Part shown: positions 13,141 to 26,492 of the stretch, one piece after another
Position numbering within the stretch: position 1 is the stretch's first letter
Layout: each line of letters begins with the position of its first letter
Source of the DNA: Squalus acanthias
Lineage: Eukaryota
Assembly: GCA_030390025.1 (NCBI GenBank)
Contig: CM059438.1
Span: forward strand, 27,838,001-27,902,000
Length of the DNA stretch: 64,000 nucleotides
Direction of reading: 5' to 3'
Translations under genes and position numbers: made by a program
Notes under the pieces: model-generated
The model's database searches: none
Seen by the model: only the letters and a program-made list of their open reading frames with translations
Told to the model about the DNA's origin: nothing

Positions 13141-13734
13141 TATGAATATATTTTTGTAATTTACTAAGATACTGACTATTTTACACCAGTATAACTAGCA
13201 AATAGTTTCTAAAGTCATTTTCAGTTATTTAAAATCGGGTGGTGGATTAGACACTCTGATTAAAATGCTTATTTTTTGTGATAAACCCATTTTCAGTTGT
13301 ATTAATCAAACTGCATCAAGTTATTACTCTTAAATATATCAAGGAATATTTTTTAAAGCAAAAATGGTTTTTTAAAACATAATTGTCATTTTTTTTTAAA
13401 TTACATTCTAAAATGCTGCCTGATTGCGCTGGTTCATGGCAGATTTTATGTTTGGTAATATGCAAATGAGTTTGAACAGAAGCTCGAGGGATAAAACACT
13501 TCCCAAACTAGCACAACTTTGGGCACAATTTCCGCCCGGATCACTGATTGTGCCCAAAGTGGTACATTTTGAATAACAGATTTCCAGAACTATTCAGTGG
13601 CGGCATTCCCAGTGCTTAACATTTAGATTTTTTTTTGTTTTAAATGATTTTACTGCTGATAATCTAATATGAAGTAGGTTACAGTCAAATAAAAACATTG
13701 CAGTGTCAGTACTGAATCAATCCCATACAGGATA

Positions 13735-14240
13735 ACAACAACAAGAACTTGCATTTATATAGCGCCTTTAATGCATTAAAACGTCCCAAGGCTCTTCACA
13801 GGAGGCGCTTCACAGGAGTATTATAAGACAAAAAATTTGACACCGAGCCACATAAGGAGAAATTAGGGCAGGAAGAGGTAGGTTTTAAGGAGTGTCTTAA
13901 AGGAGGAAAGAGAGGTAGAGAGGCAGAGAGGTTTAGGCAGGGAATTCCAGAGCTTAGGGCCTAGTCAACAGAAGGCACGGCCACCAATGGTTGAGTGATT
14001 ATAATCAGAGGATGCTCAAGAGGGCAGAATTAGAGGAGTGCAGATATCTCGGAGGGTTGTGGGGCTGGAGGAGATTACAGAGATAGGGAAGGGTGAGGCC
14101 ATGGAGGGATTTGCAAACAAGAATGAGAATTTTGAGATCGAGGCGCTGCTTAACCGGGAGCCAATGTAGGCCAGCGAGCACAGGGGTGATGGGTGAACAG
14201 GACTTGGTGCGAGTTAGGACACGGGCAGCCGAGTTTTGGA
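13735..14240 (-). mobile_element. L2-clade LINE 3' fragment
   Basis: QNSAARVLTRTK..ITPVLAGLHWLPVKQRLDLKILILVCKSLHG..PYL (L2 ORF2 C-terminus); gcgctatataaatgcaag + (TTG)n tail. Confidence 0.9.
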
Positions 14241-14399
14241 AGTAGAATATCCATTCAGCTGAAAAGCATATGTAACTGTAGGAGATCAGCTTTTCCACCT
14301 TTAGATGTTCCTTGTTTTCATTTGTATTACCATCTAAAACTTTTTAGTAGGTTCAGAGTGAATTACTTTCAATTCTGACATCATGTAGTACTTTTTATT

Positions 14400-16640
14400 A
14401 TGGGCCAGTCGGTAACAAACAACAAAAGACATCATGGCCATGAACATGTGGGCCCCGAATGTCCACAAGGCCAGTGGTATACTCCTAGTGTAAGTTGGCC
14501 GGGAGTGCCCCAAACATGCCTCCTGACAGCAGAGAAGACAGAGCAGCAGGGAGCAAATACCCAGACTGGAAATCTCCTCAGCATTATCCTCTCTAACACC
14601 CAGCAACCTGGACATTGGGATGAACCCAGCATACAGGCTATTGGAGCGGCAGAGGTGGAGTCCACCTGCAGGCCCAGGGACTGGATTCTAGCTTGGATCC
14701 GCCCCGTTGCAAAGCTGACAGATTGTGGAACTATCAGGCTGCATATAAAGGAGGCCGGTTTGAAAATGATGGCAGGCGACCAAGCAAGCAACTGGCCAAG
14801 GCCACTTTGATGCATCCATAGTGGTGCGGGTACCTTCCAGGACCTTGTAAATGAGGTGACCTCCCCTGACCTTAGAAACTCTCGTGGGGTCAGGAGCATA
14901 AGTCCCCGATACTCACTCTGCCGTTCTTCCACTGGCGGAGCAGGCCCTCTGCTGTTTATTGCTCAGCCATTTTAACTAACGACAGGCAGCTGTCAAATAT
15001 AGTAGATTCCTGGTCAGAAGGAACAGTCAGGGAACTTGCATTTGATGATGGAGACAAGGTAACAACGATATTGACATGGGGCATCCAATAATACAACATT
15101 CGGCAGGGGATCCTTGGGTGCAGAGGGTTGCACTTCCCTCCATTCTGAGATACCTTAGGTTGGTGGGGAGAAATGACATTGCATTAATTGATGCTGATAT
15201 ACAGCTGATCCAATGGAGGGGAAGCTGTATGTAGATGGGGATCGAACACGTGTGGAGGACTGTTGTGCATTGGTCAGCAAAAGTTATTATTGAAATGTTT
15301 GCGCTATTATACGGTCTGATGATTTCAACAATCGCCACAGTTCATTCCACAGCCAATTTTGCTCCCTCATGGTTGGCAGCTTCCTGCTGCCATTCTTCTC
15401 CTGCTGCTCCATTATTAGGCCCCTTCCCAAAGGAAAGTTGTGGAGGACACAGCAGCCCACAATAATCTTACTGGTCTTGACTAGGTTACACTGTAGAACT
15501 TCCCCGATCGGTCCGGGCATCGGAATCGCTGTTTAACAATGCTGACGGTTTGTTTCATCCTAAACCCTGGAGATACATGGGGCGTATTCAAGGGTGGACT
15601 GGCCGTATGCGATATCGGGAGATTTCCTGAGTGGCCCCATGAATAGTTCCATATTATCACTGCCTGCCTTTTCCCATGAGAATCCTGAGGAATCCCGCGC
15701 CCTTTTGGATTAGGGGCACATATGGCCATGAATGCAATGAACGATGGTCTGCACATGTGGGAATCCTGCCACGTGGTAAAGGTACAGGACTCTTTCTTGT
15801 TACTGGCTGCTTTCTATGGGGAACATGGTGAAATCCCTGGCAAACAATGCATTAGCTACCAGCTGGATACAATTTGGGGTCTAAAGTTGGGAGATGTGAC
15901 CGAGATCTCCCGCACTTCCCGGAAGGAGCCTGCCACATAAAAGGCCAAAGCAGTTGTAACTTTGACAGGCGCAGGCAGAGCTTTCCCTGTGCTGTAACTG
16001 GTCTCTGAAGTCTGGCTGCAAGAGTCTGCAGAGTTCAATGATGGCTTCCTATGAATCGAAGCCTGCACTGGCAAATCTCTTCATTACAGGTAAAGATAAA
16101 ATGGTTTAGCCCCATATACATGAGTGTCAGTGTAAGGACATGTCTGCAGGGAGTGTCTAAGGTGCAATCTCACCTGTCTTTCATGGCTCCCCTGATCCCC
16201 ATCCTCCTTCTTCAGAAAATGCAAATAGAGCAGTATGCCCAGGGGAATATCCATACCTGGAAGGTATAGAGCTGTCTAACAACTATAGCTATAGCAACAG
16301 TCAGTGACAAAAGAGTCAGTATAGCTTTAGATAGCTATCAGGAAGTCTACGACTAATTCCAGGCATTTCCCTTGTACTACAAGGTCAAAGCGGTGCAGAA
16401 ACAAAGTTACACACAGATATACAGCAAGGTTCACAATGCCCGTTTAACAGCACGGCTCTCCCCAGCAATGTGTGATTTAAACAGGTGGTCAGCCTATCAG
16501 GCACTGCTCCCCAGCTCCTGATCACATTATCGGGAGACCCCCTCATTTGTATTGAATTGCAGGTTATAATGGAGGTGAAATTCATCCTCGGCTGTATCAA
16601 AAACGGACGATAACGAATCGACAGACCATTTTACTCCCCA
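14400..16640 (-). mobile_element. Degraded PIF/Harbinger transposon (HARBI1-type transposase relic ~15300-16200)
   Basis: ALPAPVKVTTALAFYVAGSF, VKQRFRCPDRSG, IIVGCCVLHNF; TIR-like end cattttactcccc near 16640; left boundary uncertain. Confidence 0.75.
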
Positions 16641-16744
16641 CACGATTTTCTTTTCCATTGAAGTCTATAGAAAAAAAACATAGGACGGGCAGTGAAACCG
16701 GCTGTCGATTCGTTATCGCCCGTTTCGGCCGAAGTTGCTACAAA

Positions 16745-16850
16745 GGGTGCCTTGTAGGTGGCGGAGAGGCTTTGGGGAGTCAGGAGGTGAGCCACTTGCC
16801 ACAGAATACCCAACCTCTGACCTGCTCTACTGGCTATATAATTATTTGTC
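16745..16850 (-). mobile_element. CR1 family B short fragment
   Basis: RAGQRLGILWQVAHLLTPQSLSATYKA, homologous to 25410-25490. Confidence 0.8.
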
Positions 16851-17324
16851 AACACTTGTTCCTACAGCTCCTCCCCCTCCCTTTTTTTTTCAATAATTGT
16901 CTTTACCATTTGGCTCATAACTGGGGAAGACTGAGTCTTAATTTCTCCCAATGAGTGACACACAGCAGATCGCAGCACTCAATTTTCGCTCCACACAATA
17001 TGCACTTCTCCATCGGGGGTCTCTCCAGCTTGCTTTTGAATCTTCTCCCACTTGCTGCCTGTGCTGCTGTCCTGTTTGCTTCAGTGGTTGCTGACTTTTG
17101 CTGCTACTGCCGTTTTCATTTTTTCAGTTTTATTGTCAGCTTCAGTTTCATCCCACTGCTCTGATGCCCACGATTTTGTGGGGTTCCTTTCTTGGCTATC
17201 TTATTGTTGGCACAGTCAATGTTTCCACCTCTGGACTGTCACCTGCTACCCAACTGCTCGTCACCTGCTCGGTCTGCCTCACAGGAAATTGGGGGCGGGG
17301 GGAGTTTCGGGAGTCTGCGAGGTG

Positions 17325-17735
17325 TATAGAATCATAGAATCATCGAATGATACAGCGCAGGTTTCCATTTGGCCCAACGTGCCTGTGTCGGCTCTTTTAG
17401 TCCCACTCCCCTGCTCTTTCCCCATAGCCTGTAAATTATTTTCCCTTCAAGTATTTATCCAATTCTCTTTTGAATATTGCTATTGAGTCAGCTTCTACCA
17501 CCCTTTCAGGCAGTGCATTCCAGATCACGACAACTCGCTGTGTAAAAAAATGTTTCTGCATGTCACCTCTGGTTCTTTTGCCAATCACCTTAAATCTGTG
17601 TCCTCTGGTTACCAACCCTTCTGCCACTGGAAACTTATTTACTCTATCCAAACCATTCATGATTTTGAACATATCTGTCAAATCTCCTCTTAACCTTCTT
17701 TACTCTTAGGAGAACAACCCCAGCTTCTCCAGTAT
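17325..17735 (-). mobile_element. CR1-clade LINE 3' fragment (family A-related subfamily)
   Basis: FKIMNGLDRVNKFPVAEGLVTRGHRFKV..FFTQRVVVIWNALP; (GATTCTAT)n tail. Confidence 0.9.
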
Positions 17736-17799
17736 ATATTCCCCTTTGGATGATGTGGTCTAGTTTAGTACAATTGAATTCCTGAGCCTGTTGCTCTCA

Positions 17800-18450
17800 A
17801 CATCAACATCCTGGGGGTCACCATTGACCAGAAACTTAACTGGACCAGCCACATAAATACTGTGGCAACAAGAGCAGGTCAGAGGCTGGGTATTCTGCGG
17901 CGAATGTCTCACCTCCTGACTCCCCAAAGCCTTTCCACCGTCTACAAGGCACAAGTCAGGAGTGTGATGGAATACTCTCCACTTGCCTGGATGGGCGCAG
18001 CTGCAACAACAGCTCATGAAGCTCAACGCCAACCAAGACAAAGCAGCCCGCTTGATCGGCAGCCCATCCACCACCTTAAACTTCTGCTCCCTCTACCTGT
18101 GGCTGCAGTATGTACTATCTACTGCAGCAAATCATCAAGGCTTCTCGTGCACACCTCCTAAATCCATGACCTCCACCACCTAGAAGGACAAGGGCAGCTG
18201 GTGCATGGGAACACCATCACCTCCAAGTTCCCCTCCAACTCACACACCATTCCAACTTGGACATATGATGCTGTTCCTTCATGGTCGCTGGAACTCCTTA
18301 CTGAACAGCATTGTGAGAGCACCTTCACCACATGGACTGCAATGCTTCAAGAAGAAGGCCCACCACCACCTTCTCAAAGGCAACTAGGGATGAACAATGA
18401 ACGCTGGCCTTGAAAGTAATGTCCACATTCCAAGAATGAATTAATAAAAT
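17800..18450 (+). mobile_element. CR1 family B 3' fragment
   Basis: Direct homology to 25335-26010, including the HHHLLKGN stop and 3' tail. Confidence 0.9.
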
Positions 18451-18721
18451 GATACTTCTGTGTTTGAACAAGCCTTTCAAGCTGTGTGCTCAGAGAAATA
18501 TAGCTTAGAAGCTGCTGTTTTTCAGCAGTAATCAAGGGTTAATTGAATGTTGCTTAAGGTACTTCAGTATTATGAGCCCACAGTTTTACTCTTTCTGTGT
18601 AGGGCTAGATGGTCTGAACTATGATGATCACACAATAGGGTAACCAATGCAATGCCATTGCAAAGATCATCTCCTGTAATCGTTTAAAGTGCTGAAAAGC
18701 CATTGTAGCCTTTGTTAAGTG

Positions 18722-19625
18722 CCAACTTAGCTCAGTGGTTGTACTCTCACCTCTGATTCAGAAGGTTATCGCTTAAGCCCCATTACAGACTTGAGTACAT
18801 AATCTAGGTTGATGTCTCTGTGCAGTACGAGGGGAGTGCTGCATTGTTAGAGATGCTGCCTTTTGGTTGCAATGTTGTGGGAGATTTTCAGGCCGCCCGC
18901 TGGGTGGAAACAGGGCGGTAGTGCTCTGATAATGGTGGGGTATGATTTACTGTCCCATTCCCACCGACGCTATCTTCTAAGGAACTATCGATGGCCATCT
19001 GGAACACCAGCCTGAATGGGTAGGCCCAGCAATGCACGTACTGCCCAGTTTCAGCTAGCAGTCCAACCGAAGAGGAGCCATGAAGGTAAGTTTTAATTTA
19101 CTTTTATGGAAGGTGCAGAGTGCTCCTCTGGACTCCATAAAAACAGAGACCGGACCCCCTCTGTGGACCTATCTTTATCCAGGTCCAGGGGCCGACCGGG
19201 CCCCCCGACATTGCGGCGACCTGGAGCCGGCAGGTGTTCATGAGGCTCGGCCCTCAAAATGGACTGGGCCTCTAGCCGGCTTTATCAGGCGGCCAGCTGG
19301 AGCACTGTGCTGACTGGTCACCCAAATACCGCATGGAGGGAGAATCTTCCCCATTAACCCAAGGCTCCATTATTGGATGAAGAGCAGCACATTATCCCGG
19401 TTTCCTGGCCAACATTCCTCCCTCAACTAACACCCCCAGAAACAAGTCACTGGTCATTTATCTCATTTGTTGTTTGTGAGACCTTGCAGTGCACAAATTG
19501 TTTGTTGTGTTTGCCTATATAGCAACAGTGGCTACAGTTCAAAGGTCTTTCATTGGCTGTGAAGTCCTTTCGGACATCCTAAGAATGTGAGAGATGCGAT
19601 AGAAAGCCAAGTCTTTCTTCTTTCA
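18722..19625 (+). mobile_element. tRNA-headed DeuSINE-type SINE (SacSINE1/AmnSINE1-like) split by a MITE
   Basis: A-box-like tagctcagtgg head, Deu-domain core cagtacgaggggagtgctgcattg, L2-like tail; homologous to 42298-42650. Confidence 0.75.
18876..19353. mobile_element. MITE inserted into the SINE
   Basis: TIRs tgtgggagattttc / gagaatcttcccca (11/14 match); the SINE resumes after 19353. Confidence 0.7.
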
Positions 19626-20444
19626 TTGAAATATTTCATGTTACCCCAATACAGCTGTTTCCGTGACAATTTCACTCCAGAAATACGGCCGAGAAGGTAG
19701 GCACTGAGTGAGGCGGGGGTGGGAATGGTTGATACCATACACAGGATCATGGGCAACTGCCCTTCCCCCACTGCCACCTGGCAAGGGAATAATTCATTGA
19801 ACCAAGTCAAGCTCTGCATTGTGAATCTGCTGGGCCTGGGAGGCTATCAAGAAGAAGATGGCAAGCCTTGAGAGATGCACTACGGTAAGTCAGAAATATG
19901 AATATGCAATATATATACCTGCCATAAATGGATGTGAAAGGCAGTCGGCCGTACAAACTTCTCACCCTTTACATCTCCGTGAAAGCCAGTATGAAGAAGT
20001 ACAGTGCTGCCAGGAAATAACCAGAGAATGAATGATTTACATGATTGAGAACACGTACAAAAAGGCAAGCGCTTGTGATGCTCAACGCCTGCGTACATGT
20101 TGTGCACCAGGCTCTTTAAGGCTTCAAAATAAAACGTAAACAAGAGCCAAGTCCCATTAATATGTTCCGAGCACCTGAACAGCTCATCTGTATGAAATGG
20201 ACGTGTGGCGGTTTGTCTGTCCCAGCCTTTAAGAGATTGCTTTTTGGCATTGGAATTTTCAATGTTGGTTGGAAAGATTAATTATTTTAGCTTATTACGT
20301 AATTTCATTATTGCATTAATTCTTGTTGCTGCCACTTTACCTTTAAATGGCCTTAATCTTTGCAGAAAGTCTCTTATCAAACACTTTATGAAAGAAAATC
20401 TTCCACCTCCACTGCATTCCCACTGTCTGTGTTTTGTAATTACC

Positions 20445-20760
20445 TAGAAGAATTGGATTAAGTTAGTCAAGCATGACCTGCCCTTACCAATTTGTGTTGA
20501 CTGCCCCAATTAGAGCACACCTCCCTAAGTGTTCACTAATGTTATCAGTTTTTATAGTTTCTAGCAGTTTTCCTACTAATAACATGAGGCTAACAGGCCT
20601 ATAATTCCCCAGCTTATCTCTTTCCCTGTTTTTTAAATAGGGGTGTAATATTTGCCTCATTCCAGTCTTTTTGGAACTTTATGGTTACTGTCTCTGCTAT
20701 TTCATCACGAACCTCGCTTAGTATCGTGAAGTGTAGGTCATCCAAATTCCTGGGTTGAGG
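20445..20760 (-). mobile_element. Old CR1 RT-region fragment
   Basis: Reverse complement resembles the PLFKKG..GNYRPVSL and GKSCLTNL coding sequence of family A. Confidence 0.65.
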
Positions 20761-20777
20761 AGGACATTATGCCATTG

Positions 20778-22550
20778 AGGGGCCAGGAATTTCCGACACG
20801 ACCAACATAAACTGGAGAAATGGCACAGCATAAATTCCATTCAGCTTCAGGACGTGCTGAAGAACTCACCCTCACAGTGGCAGCAAGTGACAGAGTTACA
20901 ATAGGATAACATCACCCATCCTAAATTTGGTTACTCCTTTACAAGCACCTTTGAGACTGTGTGCCACCGTTTAAAAGGTGCCAGGCCCCTTTCATCAAGG
21001 TTAAATTAATACTGCTCGACGGAGATCGCTTGTGGAGACTTTGGGCCATATCTTGGGACTCACTGCAGGCATTGCAAAAATGTTGTACTCAGGATTGCAT
21101 TGCCTTTGGAAAGCATTTTAGTTCAATAGAATTACTGAGCTAGGATCAGAGGATTGCACAATGGGCTTCCCAATGGGAATCCCATTTTACATGATTGATA
21201 TGCTGGAGGAAGAGGAGCAGCAGCAGGAGGCTGGAAAGGAGGCCAGATTAATCAGGCAGTACAAGAAGAGAATCTGACCATCCTGGCACTCCCCAACCGA
21301 TCAGATGTATAGACCCAGGCGCTTTTACCAAGACCTTTCCCAAGAGCTCTGTCTCAGGTGGCTGTGCTTCAGTTCTGAAGCTTTGGAGGAGCACTGTTTG
21401 TTGCTGCAGCCAGATCGACAACATGCACAGCTCCCACTATAGCAGGCAAAGTGATCACAACTCTCAACTATCGTGCAATAGGCTCATTACAGACAGCACC
21501 AGCACCTTTGACAGATCAGCCAATTTGCTGTGCATTTCTCTATAAGGCAAGTCACCAATGCCCACTTTTCCAGTACAGCTCAATTGATATAATTTGCCAG
21601 CGCTCCCACACAAATGACTGAGAGGGCCATCAAATGTTTCAGAATTACCAGATTCCCCAGGGTTGTCGGGGCTATTGATTGCACCCGTGTAACATTACAT
21701 GGTCCATATGTAAACCCCCACATTTCTATGAACTTAAATTTGCGGCTAATTTGTGATGACAGGCACAACTTCACAACATACTGGGAGCTGTTATACGTTT
21801 ATACTTCAGCAGTTCAGTGTCTCAGCTCTATTTCAACAGCAAGAGCAAGGGCCAGGAAAGCTGCGGGATGCCCGCTACTCCATGCGTCATGATGCCTCTT
21901 CGTAGGACCACTGCTCCAGAGGAGCACTAGAATGAAGCACACATGAAGATAATGACAATAATTATTAAATCCATTGAGATGCTCAAAAGAAGGCTCCGGT
22001 GTCTCAATAGATCTGGGGTTGCCTGGGAGCACGCGTCCAGCACTGGCCTTGAAATTCAATGGTGCCACGCTGGTTTCTCAGGCACAAAATGGGCACCTAA
22101 GCATCCAATATGGCACACGCTCATTACACGCCGGAGGTGCACCTCCCATCATATTAGTGAAGGCAGAAAAAGAAACGTCCAGGTCCCGCGCCTGAAACAG
22201 GTGATAGGTCCTTTGCATATGCAATTAGGGGACCCAACACCTGTTTGAGGCCCCCATGTGCTGGGCTGGCTACATTCAGGAAAACGTGGTCTACATGCAG
22301 CCTAACCAACGGTCTTTAAAGGGACTGCTGGAACCACCCCAAAAAAGATAAGATTTTTTTGAAATACTTACCCAAATGCGTCGGTGGTCCTCTCCCCTAC
22401 TTATTGTATGGGCTCAGGAAGTCAATGAAACCCTCCTGCCGTATCGGACTAACCATCCTATTGGCTGGTATAAAGATGGTTACGGCCACGGAAGGAGTAT
22501 TCACGCCTGTCAGACTGTTAATCAGCCTGCAAATCTTTCCACTACTTCAC
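20778..22550 (+). mobile_element. Degraded PIF/Harbinger (HARBI1-type transposase relic) with adjoining MITE (~22044-22550)
   Basis: RFPRVVGAIDCTRV (first DDE aspartate motif), IEMLKRRLRCLNRSG; TIR-like ggggccaggaatttcc start. Confidence 0.75.
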
Positions 22551-22924
22551 ACTATTCTCCAAGGGAATGTGTGAAGACACGAAAACAACAACTCTTTTAA
22601 TACAGTTTCCTTTTTAACACTTATCTCAAATAGTGGTTCATCCAAGTCTTCCTCTAGTATTCCTGCAGTCCTTCCTTCACTCTTTGTAAGTACAGAAGAA
22701 AATACTTCAGTCTGGCTGCCATTTCTTTATTCTCTACTACGAGATTGCCTTTTTCATCCCTTAGTGGCCTTGCAGAGTGGGTGAGGAAGCACAAGTGGTG
22801 CTAGCTACACAAGGCAAAGCAATGTCTTGGGCGAAAGCCCCAAATGGTAACTTGATCTGCTACCGCATCTGAGGATTCAGAGCTCACGAGACCTACTTAC
22901 AAATGGAGATTATTGTCCAAACGG

Positions 22925-25900
22925 GAATTTAAATTCAGTTAATTAAATAAATCTGTAATGGTAATATGCCGGGTATGCCAGTAATGGTAACCATGAAACT
23001 AACGGATTGTTGTAAAAACCCATCTGGTTCACATATGTCCTTCAGAGAAGGAAATCTGCCGTTCTTACCCGGTCTGGCCTATATGTGACTCCAGACCCAC
23101 AGCAATGTGGTTGACTCTTAACTGCCCTCTGAAATGGCCTAGCAAGTCACTCAGTTGTAACAAACTGCTACAAAATACAATAATAAGAATTAAACTGGAC
23201 GGACCACCCAGCATCGACCTCAGCACCGGTTACGGACATGGCAACGGCACACCCAGCACAGTTGACCCTGCAAAGTCCTCCTCACCAACATCTGGGGACT
23301 TGTGCCAAAATTGGGAGAGCTGTTGCACAGACTAGTCATGCAACAGCCTGACATAGTCATACTAAGAGAATCATACCTTTCAGCCAATGTCCCAAACTCC
23401 TCCATCACCGTCCTGTCCCACCGACAGGACAGACCCACCAGGGTGGTGGCACAATGGTATACAGTCGGGAAGGAGTGGCCCTGGGAGTCCTCAACATTGA
23501 CACCGGACCCCATGAAGTCTCATGGTTTCAAGCAAGAGGAAACCTCCTGCTGATTACCACCTACCGCCCTCCCTCAGCTGATGAATCAGTACTCCTCCAT
23601 GTTGAACACCACTTGGAAGAAGCACTGAGAGTAGCAAGGGCACAGAGTGTACTCTGGGTGGGGGACTTCAATGTCCATCACCAAGAGTGGCTCGGTAGCA
23701 CCACTACTGACTGAGCTGGCTGAGTCCTGAAGGACATAGCTGCCAGTCTGGGCCTGCGACAAGTGGTGAGAGAACCAACACGAGGGAAAAACCTACTTGA
23801 CCTCATCCTCACCAATCTACCTGTCGCAGATGCATCTGTCCATGACAGTATTGGTAGCAGTGAACACCACACAGTCATTGTGGAGACGAAGTCCCGTCTT
23901 CACACTGAGGACACCCTCCATCGTGTTGTGTGGCACTACCACCGTGCTAAATGGGATAGATTCAGAACAGATCTAGCAGCTCAAAACTGGGCACTGTGGG
24001 CCATCAGCAGCAGCAGAATTGTATTCCACCACAATCTGTAACCTCATGGCCTGGCTTATCCCTCACTCTACCATTACCATCAAGCCAGGGGACCAACCCT
24101 GGTTCAATAAGGAGTGTAGAAGAGCATGCCAGGAGCACCTGGTGTACCTAAAAATGAGGTGCCAACCTAGGGAAGCTGCAACTTAGGACTACATGCATGC
24201 TAAGAAGTGGAAGCAGCATGCTATAGACAGGGCTAAGCGATCCCACAATCAATGGATCAGATCAAAGCTCTGCAGTCCTGCCACATCCAGTCATGAATGG
24301 TGGTGGACAATTAAACAACTAACGGGAGGAGGAGGCTCCATGAATATCCCCATCCTCAATGATGGTGGAGCCCAACACGTCAGTGCAAAAGACAAGGCTG
24401 AAGCGTTTGCAACCATCTTCAGCCAGAAGTGCCGAGTGGATGATCTATATCGGCCTCCTCCTGTGGTCTCCACTATCACAGAAGCCAGTCTTCCGCCAAT
24501 TCGATTTGTGCTCCAGAACTATCCGCACCTCTAGCCAAGCTGTTCCAGTACAGCTACAACACTGGCATCTATCCGACAATATGGAAAACTGCCCAGGTAT
24601 GTCCTGTCCACAAAAAGCAGGACAAATTTAATCTGTCCAATTACTGCCACATTAGTCTACCCTCAATCATCAGCAAAGTGATGGAAGGTGTCATCGACAG
24701 TGCTATCAAGCGGCACTTATTCACCAATAACCTGCTCACTGATGCCCAGTTTGGGTTCCGCCAAGACCACTCGGCTCCCGACCTCATTACAACCTTGGTC
24801 CAAACATGGACAAAGGAGCTGAATTCCAGAGGTGAGGTGAGAGTGACTGCCCTTGACATCAAGGCAGCATTTAACCGAGTGTAGCATCAAGGAGCCCTAG
24901 TAAAACTGAAGTCAATGGGAATCGGGGGGAAAACTCTCCACTGGCTGGAGTCATACCTAGCACAAAGGAAGATGGTTGTGGTGGTTGAAGGTCAATCATC
25001 ACAACCCCAGGACATCGCTGCAGAAGTTCCTCAGGGCAGTGTCCTAGGCCCAGCTATCTTCAGCTGCTTCATTAATGACCTTCCCTCCAACATAAGGTCA
25101 GAAATGGGGATGTTCGCTAATGACTGCACAGTGTTCAGCGTCATTCACAACTCCTCAGATAATGAAGCAGTCCATGCCCGCATGCAACAAGATCTGGACG
25201 ACGTTGAGGCTTGGGCTGATAAGTGGCAGGTAACATTCGCGTCACAGAAGTGCCAGGCAATGACTGTCTCCAACAAGCGAGAGTCTAACCACTGCCCCTT
25301 GACATTCAACAGCATTACCATCACCGAATCCCCCACCATCAACATCCTGGGGATCACCATTGACCAGAAACTTAACTGGACCAGCCACATAAATACAGTG
25401 GCAAGAAGAGCAGGTCAGAGGCTGGGTATTCTGCGGCGAGTGTCTCACCTCCTGACTCCCCAAAGCCTTTCCATCATCTACAAGGCACAAGTAAGGAGTG
25501 TGATGAAATACTCTCCACTTGCCTGGATGAGTGCAGCTCCAACAACACTCAAGAAGCTCGACACCACCCAGGACAAAGCAGCCCACTTGATTGGCACCCC
25601 ATCCACCACCTTAAACATTTACTCCCTCCACCACTGGCGTACCGTGGCTGCAGTGTGTACCATCTACAAGATGCACTACAACTCGCCAAGGCTTCTTCAG
25701 CAGCACCTCCCAAACCCACGACCTCTTCCACCTAGAAGGACAAGGGCAGCAGGTGCATGGGAACACCACCACCTCCAAGTTCCTCTCCAAGTCACACTCC
25801 ATCCTGACTTAGAAGTATATTGCCGACCCTTAATCGTCGCTGGGTCAAAATCCTGGAACTTCCTCCCTAACAGCACTGTGGGAGTACCTTCACCACACAG

Positions 25901-26010
25901 ACTGCAGCGGTTCAAGAAGACAGCTGACCACCACCTTCTCAAGGGCAATTAGGGATGGGCAATAAATGCTGGCCTTGCCAGCGACGCCCACATCCCATAG
26001 ATGAATTTTT
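22925..26010 (+). mobile_element. Near full-length CR1-clade LINE (family B): APE + RT with many stops/frameshifts and an internal deletion
   Basis: PDIVILRES, TTYRPP, WVGDFN, LDLILTN (APE); QFGFR, ALDIKAAFNRV, VPQGSVLGP, FANDC (degenerate FADD); 3' tail gggcaattagggatgggcaataaatgc. Confidence 0.92.
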
Positions 26011-26478
26011 AAAAACAGAATCGCATAGATGAAGCACTTGTCTCCATGGAACACACATTGCAAGTTCTGGGAATGAGAGGAATGAAGTCCAGATACAGAC
26101 AACCTTGAGCCTGGGATTGTCTGACCGAATAGATAACCAATGTTCTGCTCTCAGACAAATCAGGGGACTTGTTGAGGAGGCGCCCCCCGCACCCCAGCAG
26201 GACATATATGGAGTACGTTTTGGCTGTCGTGACAACACAATATCTGCACCATCAAGCACTTCTACACAAATGACAGTGGATATGCCAGAAAGCAAGTAGT
26301 AGCCGGCAGCCAAAACAGCACTAACCATGGCTGACTCGGATGCAAGCCCTCTGGCTCTACAGCACGGCCCTCATGCTCACCTAGAATGACCTTGAAGTTT
26401 AGAAATTCAGGACTGTGATGACTTTTACTGCCACTGACAAAGCCCCATTGATACTGGATTGGGCCTGCAAGTCTTCAT

Positions 26479-26492
26479 TCAGCAGATGGCAC
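26479..26492 (+). promoter_or_regulatory. CTCF-like motif TCAGCAGATGGCAC
   Basis: One mismatch to the core; lies at the TE-rich/TE-poor transition. Confidence 0.35.
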
